Part shown: positions 10,178 to 18,194 of the stretch, piece by piece | How the letters are laid out: every line of letters begins with the position of its first letter | Numbering within the stretch: the first letter of the stretch is position 1 | From: a virus | DNA: 64,000 nt | Reading direction: 5' to 3' (one strand) | Virus record (IMG/VR): IMGVR_UViG_3300048597_000118 | Location: 37,170-101,169 of that record | Notes under the pieces: model-generated | The model's input: the letters and a program-made list of their open reading frames with translations, nothing else | Database searches by the model: none | Told to the model about the DNA's origin: nothing | Program-made: the position numbers and the translations under genes

Positions 10178-11473
10178 TTAGAAGGTACCGAAGCTGAGGT
10201 CAGACTGGAGAATCTGATTAGCACGGATATCATCGGGCTCGCACACATCCAAGATGCAAATCCACTCAGGATATACAGCAAACGGTAAGAACGCGTCACC
10301 CATTTGCATAACCCGTCCAGGAGGTGCGGGAGGCTCTTGGGTTCCACTAATCCGAACGTATACGCCGGGGTTACCATCTTCAGCTTCACCCACACAATGT
10401 TGAGTCATACCCAACTTCGCACTGGGGTCATTCATGTGCTGAGCAGCAACTAAAGCAACCTTATGAGCAGGCCACCAATGCTTAATAGTGTTGTCTACAG
10501 GGTCACGATACAGACCGTTAACTACCCGAATCCGGAGACCACCTAAGGAATAAAGGTCGCCGCCAGGACCCAAGGTTACAAAAGAGCTGGGGGGTTGTTG
10601 ATTAGCAGTAGCAAAATCAGCACTGCCATTGTTCATAAACAAAGCAGCCGGAATACCCATGTAAGACTTGACGAGGTTATTCTCTTGGAGAATGGTCAAC
10701 AAGTCAGAGTGCATGATGATCTCAGTCACCATGTTTTTGTTGGTGTTGAGCAACCACTGCTTCAACTGACGGATAGTGTAAGCGAGGTCAGCTCTATCAT
10801 CAGTCCAGGGCACACCAAAGCGCTCATCAGTAGACCGGAATAAAAACGCTTCAGGGCGTCCTTTATCGTTGGTCATAGTTTGGTTAGCAGTGTAACCATG
10901 GAATAGACCACCGGAAGCGATATCACCGCTAAACCCTTTATAGGAGAAAAAGTTGTGCGCGGGAATCTGGGTGCTGACATCAATGGAGTAGTTAGTCCGA
11001 GGGTCAGTGTAGCTTACTCCGCCTAAGAGGATTTTGGCACGGAATAAGTCAACGGTACGACGGTGACGGTTAACAAGTTTTTGAATCCGACGTTCAATAA
11101 TTTGTTGAGGACTCCACTGGCTATTCATGGTGCCAGGTTGACGGAGTTGGTTAATGAAAGACTGTTCGATGAAGTCTTCTTCACGTACAACTACAGGAGT
11201 AATCAACCGACGTTGAATCCGGTCGTCTTCGATGAAGCCGCCGCCGGGCACACCGAAGCGGACGATGGGCATAATACCCAGTCCTTCTACGATTTGCTCG
11301 ATGACGATGGTGCGTTCGTTGATCATCGTAGAAGGGAATAGGTCGTCAAATTGACCCTGCTCTACAATGTCAAAGCCCCGCGCTAGCATAGTCAGCTGGA
11401 GACTACCTAAAGAATGTAGGTCTCCAACGTAACTGTAATCTGTAATCTCAGGATGAAACTCTTGGACTGGCAT
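10178..11473 (-). CDS. Major capsid protein (HK97 fold, lambda gpE-like)
   Basis: 431 aa after the protease/scaffold; LFPS...ERTI, PIVRFG, C-terminal FLPFAVYPEWI typical of the major capsid E family. Confidence 0.85.
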   Translation of the reverse strand: MPVQEFHPEITDYSYVGDLHSLGSLQLTMLARGFDIVEQGQFDDLFPSTMINERTIVIEQIVEGLGIMPIVRFGVPGGGFIEDDRIQRRLITPVVVREEDFIEQSFINQLRQPGTMNSQWSPQQIIERRIQKLVNRHRRTVDLFRAKILLGGVSYTDPRTNYSIDVSTQIPAHNFFSYKGFSGDIASGGLFHGYTANQTMTNDKGRPEAFLFRSTDERFGVPWTDDRADLAYTIRQLKQWLLNTNKNMVTEIIMHSDLLTILQENNLVKSYMGIPAALFMNNGSADFATANQQPPSSFVTLGPGGDLYSLGGLRIRVVNGLYRDPVDNTIKHWWPAHKVALVAAQHMNDPSAKLGMTQHCVGEAEDGNPGVYVRISGTQEPPAPPGRVMQMGDAFLPFAVYPEWICILDVCEPDDIRANQILQSDLSFGTF

Positions 11474-11512
11474 TGCTTTAACTGATTAGGAAGAAAGGAT
11501 AGGATTAAACTA

Positions 11513-12682
11513 CTAAACAGGGAGATTAAACTCTCTACCTAAGTCAGTAGCACGCTGCTTGAGTCGCTCAAGAGTGCTCAAGTAGGGAGTCATTTCTACC
11601 GTGGTAGATTTAGCGGTAGGAGCACCATTTACATTGGTGAACTTGTGGGCTTCAGAGGTAGACAGCTGATTTAACAGTTGCCACATCATTTCTTCAGACT
11701 CAGGGCTCATACCAGCATTTAGCTTATTGGTGTACAGCTCTTTAGTCTCAGCGGAGATGTTCAACTTATTAAGACGTTGCAGCTTAGCGTTGGTCTCTTG
11801 ACGACGGAAGGTTTCCGTATGCTCGTTAAGAGTGGTTTCTAAGTTGGAGAACTTTTCTAACAATTCGGAATACTTACGGTCACGGTCTGCGAGCTCTTGG
11901 CGGAGAACTAAGTTCTCTTCTTTAAGAGTTTCAACATCAGCAGCAGGGTCGGCTACAGCGCCACTAAACGCTTGGACGGAACCTTGCTCGTTGACTTCAG
12001 TATTAGTAATCGGGGCTGTAGAGCTTTGCTCGGCCGCCGGCGTAGTAGTAGGCGTAGTAGACGTCGTAGTCATAATAGAGGGTTGAGAAAATACTTCTTC
12101 TTCTTTAGATATAGTAGATTGTTGAGTAAATACAAAACGCACTGTTTCAGTAGGCTGTGTAAACGCTTCAACTTCAACTACTTCTACCCTAGGTAATTTG
12201 GTAAAAAAAGGCTCATTTGTCAAAGCGTGACGCTCTAGTACAGTGCCTACTTTCTCTCCATTCTCACGATTAACAGCATTACGGGCTAACTCAGGACTGG
12301 CATATCTATACTTCCCAGATTCCACGTCATTTAATGCTTGCTCATCTACAGGGTCATATAACCCAAATAACGCTTCGCCTTCCTGCACAATGTTATCTAA
12401 AAAGGCTACTGCGGGCGTTCCCCCAGAACTAAAAACATTATTAGGGTGACCAAGATACAAAGGCGGTTCATAACCTAAGACCCCAGATTCCCAATTACTG
12501 ATAATCTGGTCAAAGTCTTTCTGGTCTTCTACTACCTGACCGTATTTAGGGTGTTCCCACGAGCCAATACGACTGATAGGCACCTTGATTAATTTCTTGC
12601 CCTTAGACTCAACCACCTCAGCAGCAGGAGCCGGGCTAAGCACTTCTAAATTTTCCATGGGTGATTCCACACTATTAGGCAT
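11513..12682 (-). CDS. Mu-like prohead protease / scaffold
   Basis: GSWEHPKYG, LYLGH, AVAFL, YRYASPE, ALTNEPF motifs of Mu gpI-type proteases; coiled-coil C-terminal scaffold. Confidence 0.88.
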   Translation of the reverse strand: MPNSVESPMENLEVLSPAPAAEVVESKGKKLIKVPISRIGSWEHPKYGQVVEDQKDFDQIISNWESGVLGYEPPLYLGHPNNVFSSGGTPAVAFLDNIVQEGEALFGLYDPVDEQALNDVESGKYRYASPELARNAVNRENGEKVGTVLERHALTNEPFFTKLPRVEVVEVEAFTQPTETVRFVFTQQSTISKEEEVFSQPSIMTTTSTTPTTTPAAEQSSTAPITNTEVNEQGSVQAFSGAVADPAADVETLKEENLVLRQELADRDRKYSELLEKFSNLETTLNEHTETFRRQETNAKLQRLNKLNISAETKELYTNKLNAGMSPESEEMMWQLLNQLSTSEAHKFTNVNGAPTAKSTTVEMTPYLSTLERLKQRATDLGREFNLPV

Positions 12683-12695
12683 AACTGATTACCAC

Positions 12696-13373
12696 CTATT
12701 CCAAAAAGGCGTTGTCTAAATTACCGTGTTTGGACTCATACGCCCGACGGTAACGCAGCTTTAGAAACTCATCGGCATACGCACTCCGAGTACTAAACCT
12801 TTGGACTACTACATCCAAAGCCTCAGAAGCCAAGTCCCCATCACTAAACTTTTCTAAAATAGGCTCGTAAGCCTCCGCTGCCTTAGAAATACTACTGTCT
12901 TTACTGCCGGTTTCTAACGGTTCTAAACTCTGAGCTTCCTTAGGTTTCTCAAAATACTCAGTAGTCTTTACAGGCTTAAGCTCAAAGTCCCCGCAAGAAT
13001 AAAGATGGTGATTGGGAAAAGAATGTAACTTACATCCGCCATAGTCGTCGTAAGCACAATTTCCACAAGCCTGTGCTGGACCGTAACCATTAGGAATAGC
13101 TCCGACCAGGTTATAGCCAAATTTCTCTACCTCTTTAGCAGGTGTAGTGACTGTTACCTTTGGTTGAGATTTTACTTCAGTCGTTGGAGCGGGAGGTTGT
13201 GATTCTGGCTCTACATTACTAAACTTCTGAGTTTGTGCGGGTGCTAGAGTAGTAGCCCTACGAGTATCGTAATTAGTAGAGTTAGCTACTCCTAAGTTAC
13301 TAATCACATCCTTCGGAGGCTTAACGTTTGTCGTAGACAACTCTCGGAGCACATTAAGTTCATTACTGCTCAT
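12696..13373 (-). CDS. Hypothetical head-operon protein with Cys cluster
   Basis: CGNCAYDDYGGCKLH...YSCGDF four-Cys motif; lies between portal and protease. Confidence 0.55.
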   Translation of the reverse strand: MSSNELNVLRELSTTNVKPPKDVISNLGVANSTNYDTRRATTLAPAQTQKFSNVEPESQPPAPTTEVKSQPKVTVTTPAKEVEKFGYNLVGAIPNGYGPAQACGNCAYDDYGGCKLHSFPNHHLYSCGDFELKPVKTTEYFEKPKEAQSLEPLETGSKDSSISKAAEAYEPILEKFSDGDLASEALDVVVQRFSTRSAYADEFLKLRYRRAYESKHGNLDNAFLE

Positions 13374-13439
13374 TTGTTCCTAGCTTGGGGGAGTGGTACA
13401 AAAAGAAATTAGACAAGGCAACCAAAACGATTATCAACC

Positions 13440-14069
13440 ATGGAAAGTAACAATCCTACGTACCTATTAGCCACTTTAGACCAACTACGCTCATATCTAA
13501 CAATTACAGAGTCCTCTTTCAGTGAAGGAGCTTTCAACTGCTCTCTAATAACCCGCAACACTAAAGTAGCACCTCTTAAATTTCAAGCCCTTGAATTAGC
13601 GAAGAAATTAACCTATGAGTGGGACCAACTAAAGACTAGAGTCAACGTATATCAAACATTAACCGACTTACCGGAGTCAAAAGACTTGGCTAGTGCCGCC
13701 TGCTTTTATTACTGCCACAGTCTTATCCTTGACTCTGTGGGTTGGGCTAATTTTGTCTCAGGAAAGCTACGGTACCGCATATATGGTACCCCTTATATGC
13801 GAGAAGAATCAGAATTGTTAGACCGTAAAACCGTAGTAGGTGCAGCAGCAATATTATACGGGCTGTCCATAAATGAATATATAGGCTCCCACTACACAGT
13901 CAAAACACCAGAGGGGAAAGAACACTTCCTTCGTGGGGCAGAAAATCATTGCTCTTGTAGTAGATACTCAATAGGACCCAATGGATTCTGCGAGCATTCT
14001 GCTTTAGGTAAAGTCTATTGTGATAATAGAGCTTTGCTGGTTAATACTGGTTTAGCCTCCTTCTTTTAG
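13440..14069 (+). CDS. SWIM zinc-finger protein
   Basis: YTV...HCSC-x10-CEH SWIM-like signature near the C-terminus. Confidence 0.7.
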   Translation: MESNNPTYLLATLDQLRSYLTITESSFSEGAFNCSLITRNTKVAPLKFQALELAKKLTYEWDQLKTRVNVYQTLTDLPESKDLASAACFYYCHSLILDSVGWANFVSGKLRYRIYGTPYMREESELLDRKTVVGAAAILYGLSINEYIGSHYTVKTPEGKEHFLRGAENHCSCSRYSIGPNGFCEHSALGKVYCDNRALLVNTGLASFF

Positions 14070-15539
14070 GTTCTTTTTGGGGTTGCCGGCGGCCGGCTTA
14101 GCTGGCTGTCGGTCTTGTTGTTGAGGCTTGACATTACCAGTAGGTCTACCAGGCTCTGCTTTCTTAACCGCTTCACCTGTGGGCTTTTGTAGTGGCTCAA
14201 TTAATATCTGTTTAATGAACTTAACGTCAGCAGAAGTTTGTTCACGCTCGCTAAGACCAGCCATTTGACGCACCATGGCCCAGTCCATACTATCCAATGG
14301 GTTAAGATAAGCCTTCTCAGTTAGACCAGTTACTACTTGCATAGTAGCTACCCGGTCTTCAGGTCGGTCACTATATTGATTAGCAAAAGTAGGCGGTATC
14401 TTAGCCGAAGCCCTATTAAAATTCCATTGCTGTACAGTCATTAGACACTTCTGTACAACATGGTTGATTAAAGCCCGCCGCTCATTATAAATGGTCTTAA
14501 AGTAAACCTCCATACGACGCTCACGAGCAGCCTCTAAGGAGTTAGTGTCCATAATCAGAAAGTATGGCACTATATGCCGGATAGACTCAGCATCTACAAA
14601 CCGGAGGGTGTTTAGAAACACATCACCAAAGTTGTCACTAGAAGGAATAGAACCAATTTCCGGCTTAAAGTCGTTACCAGCCTGAAGTTGCGGCAGTAGT
14701 ATATGCCGTAAGTCTTCTTGGTTAATTTCTAGCTGCTCTTGGATATACTCCAGAGTAGTCTTTGGTCTTTCATTACCAGTGGCTGGGTCTAATATCATCT
14801 CATCTCCTAAAGAAGTAGAGGGAGACCTAATCCAGGTAACACGTTTCCCTACGTCATTCATAGCGCTGACCATCATTTCGACCAGCACCTCTTTTAACCG
14901 GAACCACTTATACGAGGGCGCCACTAAAGAATGACCATAGTAATTCCCATACTCAGAGTTAGACGCCAGATAGATATGCTTCCACATCTGTAATTGACGT
15001 TCACCCCTAGGGTCTAAAGTATGATGTTGGAAGATGCCAGACTTATGACCGCTTAACGTCTTAGAGCCTTCAGTTAAGAGCCCATCTTTATCCGGGTAAA
15101 TAGTAATAGTGGTTGGATGATAAGTTAAAACATCTTTTAAGGTGAGCGCCCCAAAGGTTAAGTTATAGCAAACCTCAGATACAGAGAAGCCCGCCCAGTC
15201 CTTAGTAAACTGTATTTCCCGTAAAACTTGTTCCCATGCTTTTCCAGAGTGGTCTTCTAAGGCTAATAGACTATTACGGTGGAACTCTTGAATTTCTTCA
15301 TCTGGATGAACTGGAAGCCCAATAGACCCAACAATAGAGTTAACTCTTGTCTGTTCTGCTGAGTGAATGGTTAAGTCTTGTCGCACCATCTTTTCATAGG
15401 TACGGAGCTTAGCTTGTAGCGGTCGGTTTAATAATAGTTGGTTAAACTGGCCTTGTTGTTGTAGTTTGTACCGTGCGCTGCGTCTATCTGCGTAGCGTAT
15501 ATCACCGGCCGGGAACGGATTAGTAGGTTGAGTAGGCAC
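14052..15539 (-). CDS. Portal protein (Mu gp29/DUF935-like)
   Basis: 495 aa; YEKMVRQD..I, WAGFSVSEV, GNYYGHSL; first gene of the head operon. Confidence 0.88.
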   Translation of the reverse strand: MPTQPTNPFPAGDIRYADRRSARYKLQQQGQFNQLLLNRPLQAKLRTYEKMVRQDLTIHSAEQTRVNSIVGSIGLPVHPDEEIQEFHRNSLLALEDHSGKAWEQVLREIQFTKDWAGFSVSEVCYNLTFGALTLKDVLTYHPTTITIYPDKDGLLTEGSKTLSGHKSGIFQHHTLDPRGERQLQMWKHIYLASNSEYGNYYGHSLVAPSYKWFRLKEVLVEMMVSAMNDVGKRVTWIRSPSTSLGDEMILDPATGNERPKTTLEYIQEQLEINQEDLRHILLPQLQAGNDFKPEIGSIPSSDNFGDVFLNTLRFVDAESIRHIVPYFLIMDTNSLEAARERRMEVYFKTIYNERRALINHVVQKCLMTVQQWNFNRASAKIPPTFANQYSDRPEDRVATMQVVTGLTEKAYLNPLDSMDWAMVRQMAGLSEREQTSADVKFIKQILIEPLQKPTGEAVKKAEPGRPTGNVKPQQQDRQPAKPAAGNPKKNLKEGG

Positions 15540-15590
15540 AAGAATAGGAGTTTGTTTACTAAGCTCTACTGTTAATATTAGTTTATTGGC

Positions 15591-15618
15591 TAGCCCAGAC
15601 TAACGATAAGCTGGGCTA
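15591..15618. terminator. Hairpin upstream of portal
   Basis: TAGCCCAG...CTGGGCTA inverted repeat. Confidence 0.5.
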
Positions 15619-15672
15619 ACCTATAAATAGTAGTACCGAGTCTGTTAAGCTCCTTGCTAAGGACCACTTAAC

Positions 15673-15824
15673 TTGACATCCTCCACTTCCCTAAAGGGAA
15701 GGGATTCCTACGAAGCAAACAGATTTAACTGAATAGCTTTTCGGTGGGTTGACGCTTCACAGGATGCCGCTACCGAAGTAGTCTTACGCTTTCCTCCACG
15801 TCCGTTTTCAGTCTCCGAACGTCC
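15673..15824 (-). ncRNA. TnpB-type omegaRNA (reRNA) scaffold overlapping a residual tnpB C-terminal tail
   Basis: 15824-15708 translates as GRSETENGRGGKRKTTSVAASCEASTHRKAIQLNLFAS*, resembling cyanobacterial TnpB C-termini that overlap the omegaRNA; followed by the RE hairpin and TCAA. Confidence 0.7.
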
Positions 15825-16384
15825 TATGAACTTACAGATACAATATTTGACCCCTGACATCGACTTTTGTGGCGGGACCAACCGTTAATTGTACTCAAAG
15901 GAATATCTAAATTTCTTGATATATCACTTTGCGTAACGCCTTCGTTTAAGAGACTTAACACAGTAGTGATGGTGGAGTCTCTATATTTACATTTACCGTG
16001 TTTTTCCCCCGTTACATATTTAGCTCGACCATTCTTTAACTTATGGTCTGTGTTTGCTTGGGGCGTTACCCATTCCAGGTTAGAGACGCAGTTGTTTAAT
16101 GGGTTTGAGTCTATATGATTCACCTGTAAATTAGAGCTTATCGGTCTGCCGATAAACGTTGTGGCTACTAGCGTATGGACACATATATGCTTTTTGACAG
16201 CATTCTTACTTAAAGCTACGCAAGGATAACCTTTTCTAAGAGTAGGACTTAACTTTTTGCGTGGAGCATGTCTGTAAGAGCCTCCTTTAGCCTTAACCAT
16301 CTTGTCCGTAGCGTAAATTGACCCATCAGACCCGCACTCATAGAGTCCCTCATAACCTGCTATCGGTCTAAATTCTATTTCCAT
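15824..16384 (-). CDS. NUMOD4-HNH homing endonuclease with C-terminal HTH
   Basis: EFRPIAGYEGLYE (NUMOD4); VHTLVATTF...VNHIDSNPLNNCVSNLEWVT..N (HNH_3); GVTQSDISRNLDIPLSTI (HTH). Confidence 0.92.
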   Translation of the reverse strand: MEIEFRPIAGYEGLYECGSDGSIYATDKMVKAKGGSYRHAPRKKLSPTLRKGYPCVALSKNAVKKHICVHTLVATTFIGRPISSNLQVNHIDSNPLNNCVSNLEWVTPQANTDHKLKNGRAKYVTGEKHGKCKYRDSTITTVLSLLNEGVTQSDISRNLDIPLSTINGWSRHKSRCQGSNIVSVSS

Positions 16385-16444
16385 AATTAATAGTTTAAGT
16401 CGTGATTATGTTATTATAACAATCTGTACGTACATTGGCTACCC

Positions 16445-16582
16445 ATGGCAAAAGAAAGATTAAACCTGCGAATAGAAGTAGGGCGTTTAGATAAGTTAAG
16501 GAAGCTTGCGTCTAAGAAGAAAAAGACAATGACACAGATAATAGAAGATTGGCTTGATACTCTTGATATAGATAAAGATTGA
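16445..16582 (+). CDS. CopG/ribbon-helix-helix protein (45 aa, below the ORF track cutoff)
   Basis: MAKERLNLRIEVGRLDKLRKLASKKKKTMTQIIEDWLDTLDIDKD; RHH pattern, inside the IS remnant. Confidence 0.75.
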   Translation: MAKERLNLRIEVGRLDKLRKLASKKKKTMTQIIEDWLDTLDIDKD

Positions 16583-16781
16583 GTTTCCGCCCAAGTTGTC
16601 TGTATCGCAAATAGTAAATGCCCTCAAGGGTGTCTCTAGTCGTCGCTATGGACAAGCTAATTTACCAAAGCCATACGGTAAGGATGCCCTCTGGAGTCCG
16701 TCTTATTTTGCTTCTAGTGTTGGCGGCGCACCCATTAAAACCATTAGACTGTACATAGAAAACCAATTAAAGCCGTCCTAA
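16578..16781 (+). pseudogene. tnpA: IS200 transposase (Y1 HUH) C-terminal remnant
   Basis: IEFPPKLSVSQIVNALKGVSSRR...LWSPSYFASSVGGAP...YIENQ matches the TnpA C-terminus with the catalytic Tyr helix; the N-terminal HUH half is missing. Confidence 0.9.
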
Positions 16782-16829
16782 AGGACGGGGTTTTAAACCC
16801 ATTCTTTTGATAATTAGGATTTCTCCTCA

Positions 16830-17633
16830 ATGAATCGTCTACCAGAAACTATCACTATCAGCCGTGAAGACCTTCCCTCCGGCGAGTATGATGTGATCCT
16901 TAAATGCCCGTACTTTGGAGATTGGCGTAAAGCTCGTAAACTTTACCCCAACGATATGGACTCCCAAGGTCGTCGCAAAAGCCCTGGTTATGCCGCCGAA
17001 GAACTCCTGCTCTGTCAGCAGATTGTTGATGTTGTAGACAAAGATAATCGCTCTGCTATGGGTCGCCGCCCTAAAGATGTTATTGACCGTCTTAAGTTAT
17101 TCACTATCCCAGACCGTCAAGCTCTTCTAACCATCTTTTTGGAATTGTTCTGGGTAGGTGCAGACCAGGCTAAACAAGCCCGCGATTTAGCCAATGAATT
17201 CATGGTGACTGCTGCTCTTACTTACACTATCGAAGCAGATAAAATGCCCATGGCTGGGGTCAGCGTTACCTATAATGCTGTTAACACTGGTACTCAAATG
17301 GCGGCAGACCGCCGTTATATCGGAGTGCAAGAACAAGGTTGCACCCTAGAAGAACTTCTATTTGCTACTTGTGTGGCAGCAGTAGATGGTGACCCAGTAG
17401 AGCAACCTAAAGACAGTATCAGTCTGTTAGATGAATGGACTATCTCTGATGTTCAGTTTGCTAAGTTGGTCTTTGTTAACCAATTTACTTTAGATGAAGC
17501 CGGAGAAGACCGGGCAAAGGAAGCGGGAAAGCGCTACTTGGAAAAACTTGGTTTGAGCAAGCTCGCTTCAACGCCCGCACCCAAACCCAAGCAAACCTCC
17601 AAGCCGCCGGCCAACAATGTTCAAGAATTGTAA
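16830..17633 (+). CDS. Tail assembly chaperone (gpG-like, two repeated domains)
   Basis: Immediately upstream of the giant gene; internal repeat (EELLLCQQI...PKDVIDRL / EELLFATCV...PKDSISLL); contains an in-phase slippery heptamer. Confidence 0.8.
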   Translation: MNRLPETITISREDLPSGEYDVILKCPYFGDWRKARKLYPNDMDSQGRRKSPGYAAEELLLCQQIVDVVDKDNRSAMGRRPKDVIDRLKLFTIPDRQALLTIFLELFWVGADQAKQARDLANEFMVTAALTYTIEADKMPMAGVSVTYNAVNTGTQMAADRRYIGVQEQGCTLEELLFATCVAAVDGDPVEQPKDSISLLDEWTISDVQFAKLVFVNQFTLDEAGEDRAKEAGKRYLEKLGLSKLASTPAPKPKQTSKPPANNVQEL

Positions 17634-18106
17634 ACTCCGCTCTTCTAATTAACCCCGGTTTATTCGAGTGTGGTGTAGCCTCATACGACCCAGAAATACC
17701 TACTGCAGGTAGATTCTGGATTTTACCCACAGGCTACCCACATCGACGCTGGGATATCACCGAAGACCAACTAAAGAATCTATCTATTGTTAGGTCCCGG
17801 GTAAATGAAGACGCAGCTAAAATTCTTAGCCAGAGATACCAAATAGCCAATTGGCTCTCAGTTAGTCAGTTAGCCCCAGTATCGTTAGCAGAATGGTTAG
17901 GCGTTAGTGAAGACCCTTTTATAAGACAATATGGCTATCCCATGTTGATTATAGAAGCAGTCAAAATGGAAGTAGAGAACCTAAGCCGCAAGATTAAGCA
18001 AAAGCAAGCTGAACAAGAACAAAGACTAAAAGAAGCCGTCCATAATCCTACCTTGTCTGCCCTAGGAGGAAAACACGGTGACCCGCTATCTAAAGTCTTC
18101 CGTTAA
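17525..18106 (+). CDS. Frameshift-extended tail chaperone segment (gpT-like), reached by -1 frameshift at G GGA AAG
   Basis: GGGAAAG at 17525-17531 is in XXXYYYZ phase (GCG GGA AAG); the -1 frame is open from 17498 to TAA at 18104-18106 with no ATG near its 5' end. Confidence 0.85.
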   Translation, partial: GKALLGKTWFEQARFNARTQTQANLQAAGQQCSRIVNSALLINPGLFECGVASYDPEIPTAGRFWILPTGYPHRRWDITEDQLKNLSIVRSRVNEDAAKILSQRYQIANWLSVSQLAPVSLAEWLGVSEDPFIRQYGYPMLIIEAVKMEVENLSRKIKQKQAEQEQRLKEAVHNPTLSALGGKHGDPLSKVFR

Positions 18107-18114
18107 GTTTGCCG

Positions 18115-18147
18115 AGCCCGACTCAACTAGAGCCGGGCTTCTTTTTT
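18115..18147 (+). terminator. Rho-independent terminator-like hairpin
   Basis: AGCCCG...CGGGCT followed by TCTTTTTT. Confidence 0.6.
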
Positions 18148-18194
18148 AGAAGTAGAGTAAGACTATAGCCCCCTCTATTTGAAGCGCCCTTACC

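Larger units (their letters stand above)
15673..16809 (-). mobile_element. Degenerate IS200/IS605-family element carrying an HNH gene in place of tnpB
   Basis: Right end: minus strand ...GAATCCCTTCCCTTTAGGGAAGTGGAGGATGTCAA ending in TCAA at 15673. Left-end hairpin CCGTCC-TAAA-GGACGG at about 16773-16788. Contains tnpA 3' remnant, RHH gene and tnpB C-terminal tail. The exact left boundary is inferred. Confidence 0.8.

Noticed and set aside
1130-15539. Extracellular contractile injection system or tailocin rather than phage
   Set aside because: Portal, prohead protease and major capsid genes are present in the same operon
1059-15600. TAAACA as a late promoter upstream of hub, sheath and portal genes
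   Set aside because: Present upstream of three minus-strand genes, but too short and AT-rich to support without statistics
15673-16384. IscB/HEARO system
   Set aside because: The protein is a NUMOD4-HNH_3-HTH with no RuvC or PLMP motifs, and the RNA lies 3' of the gene and is TnpB-type
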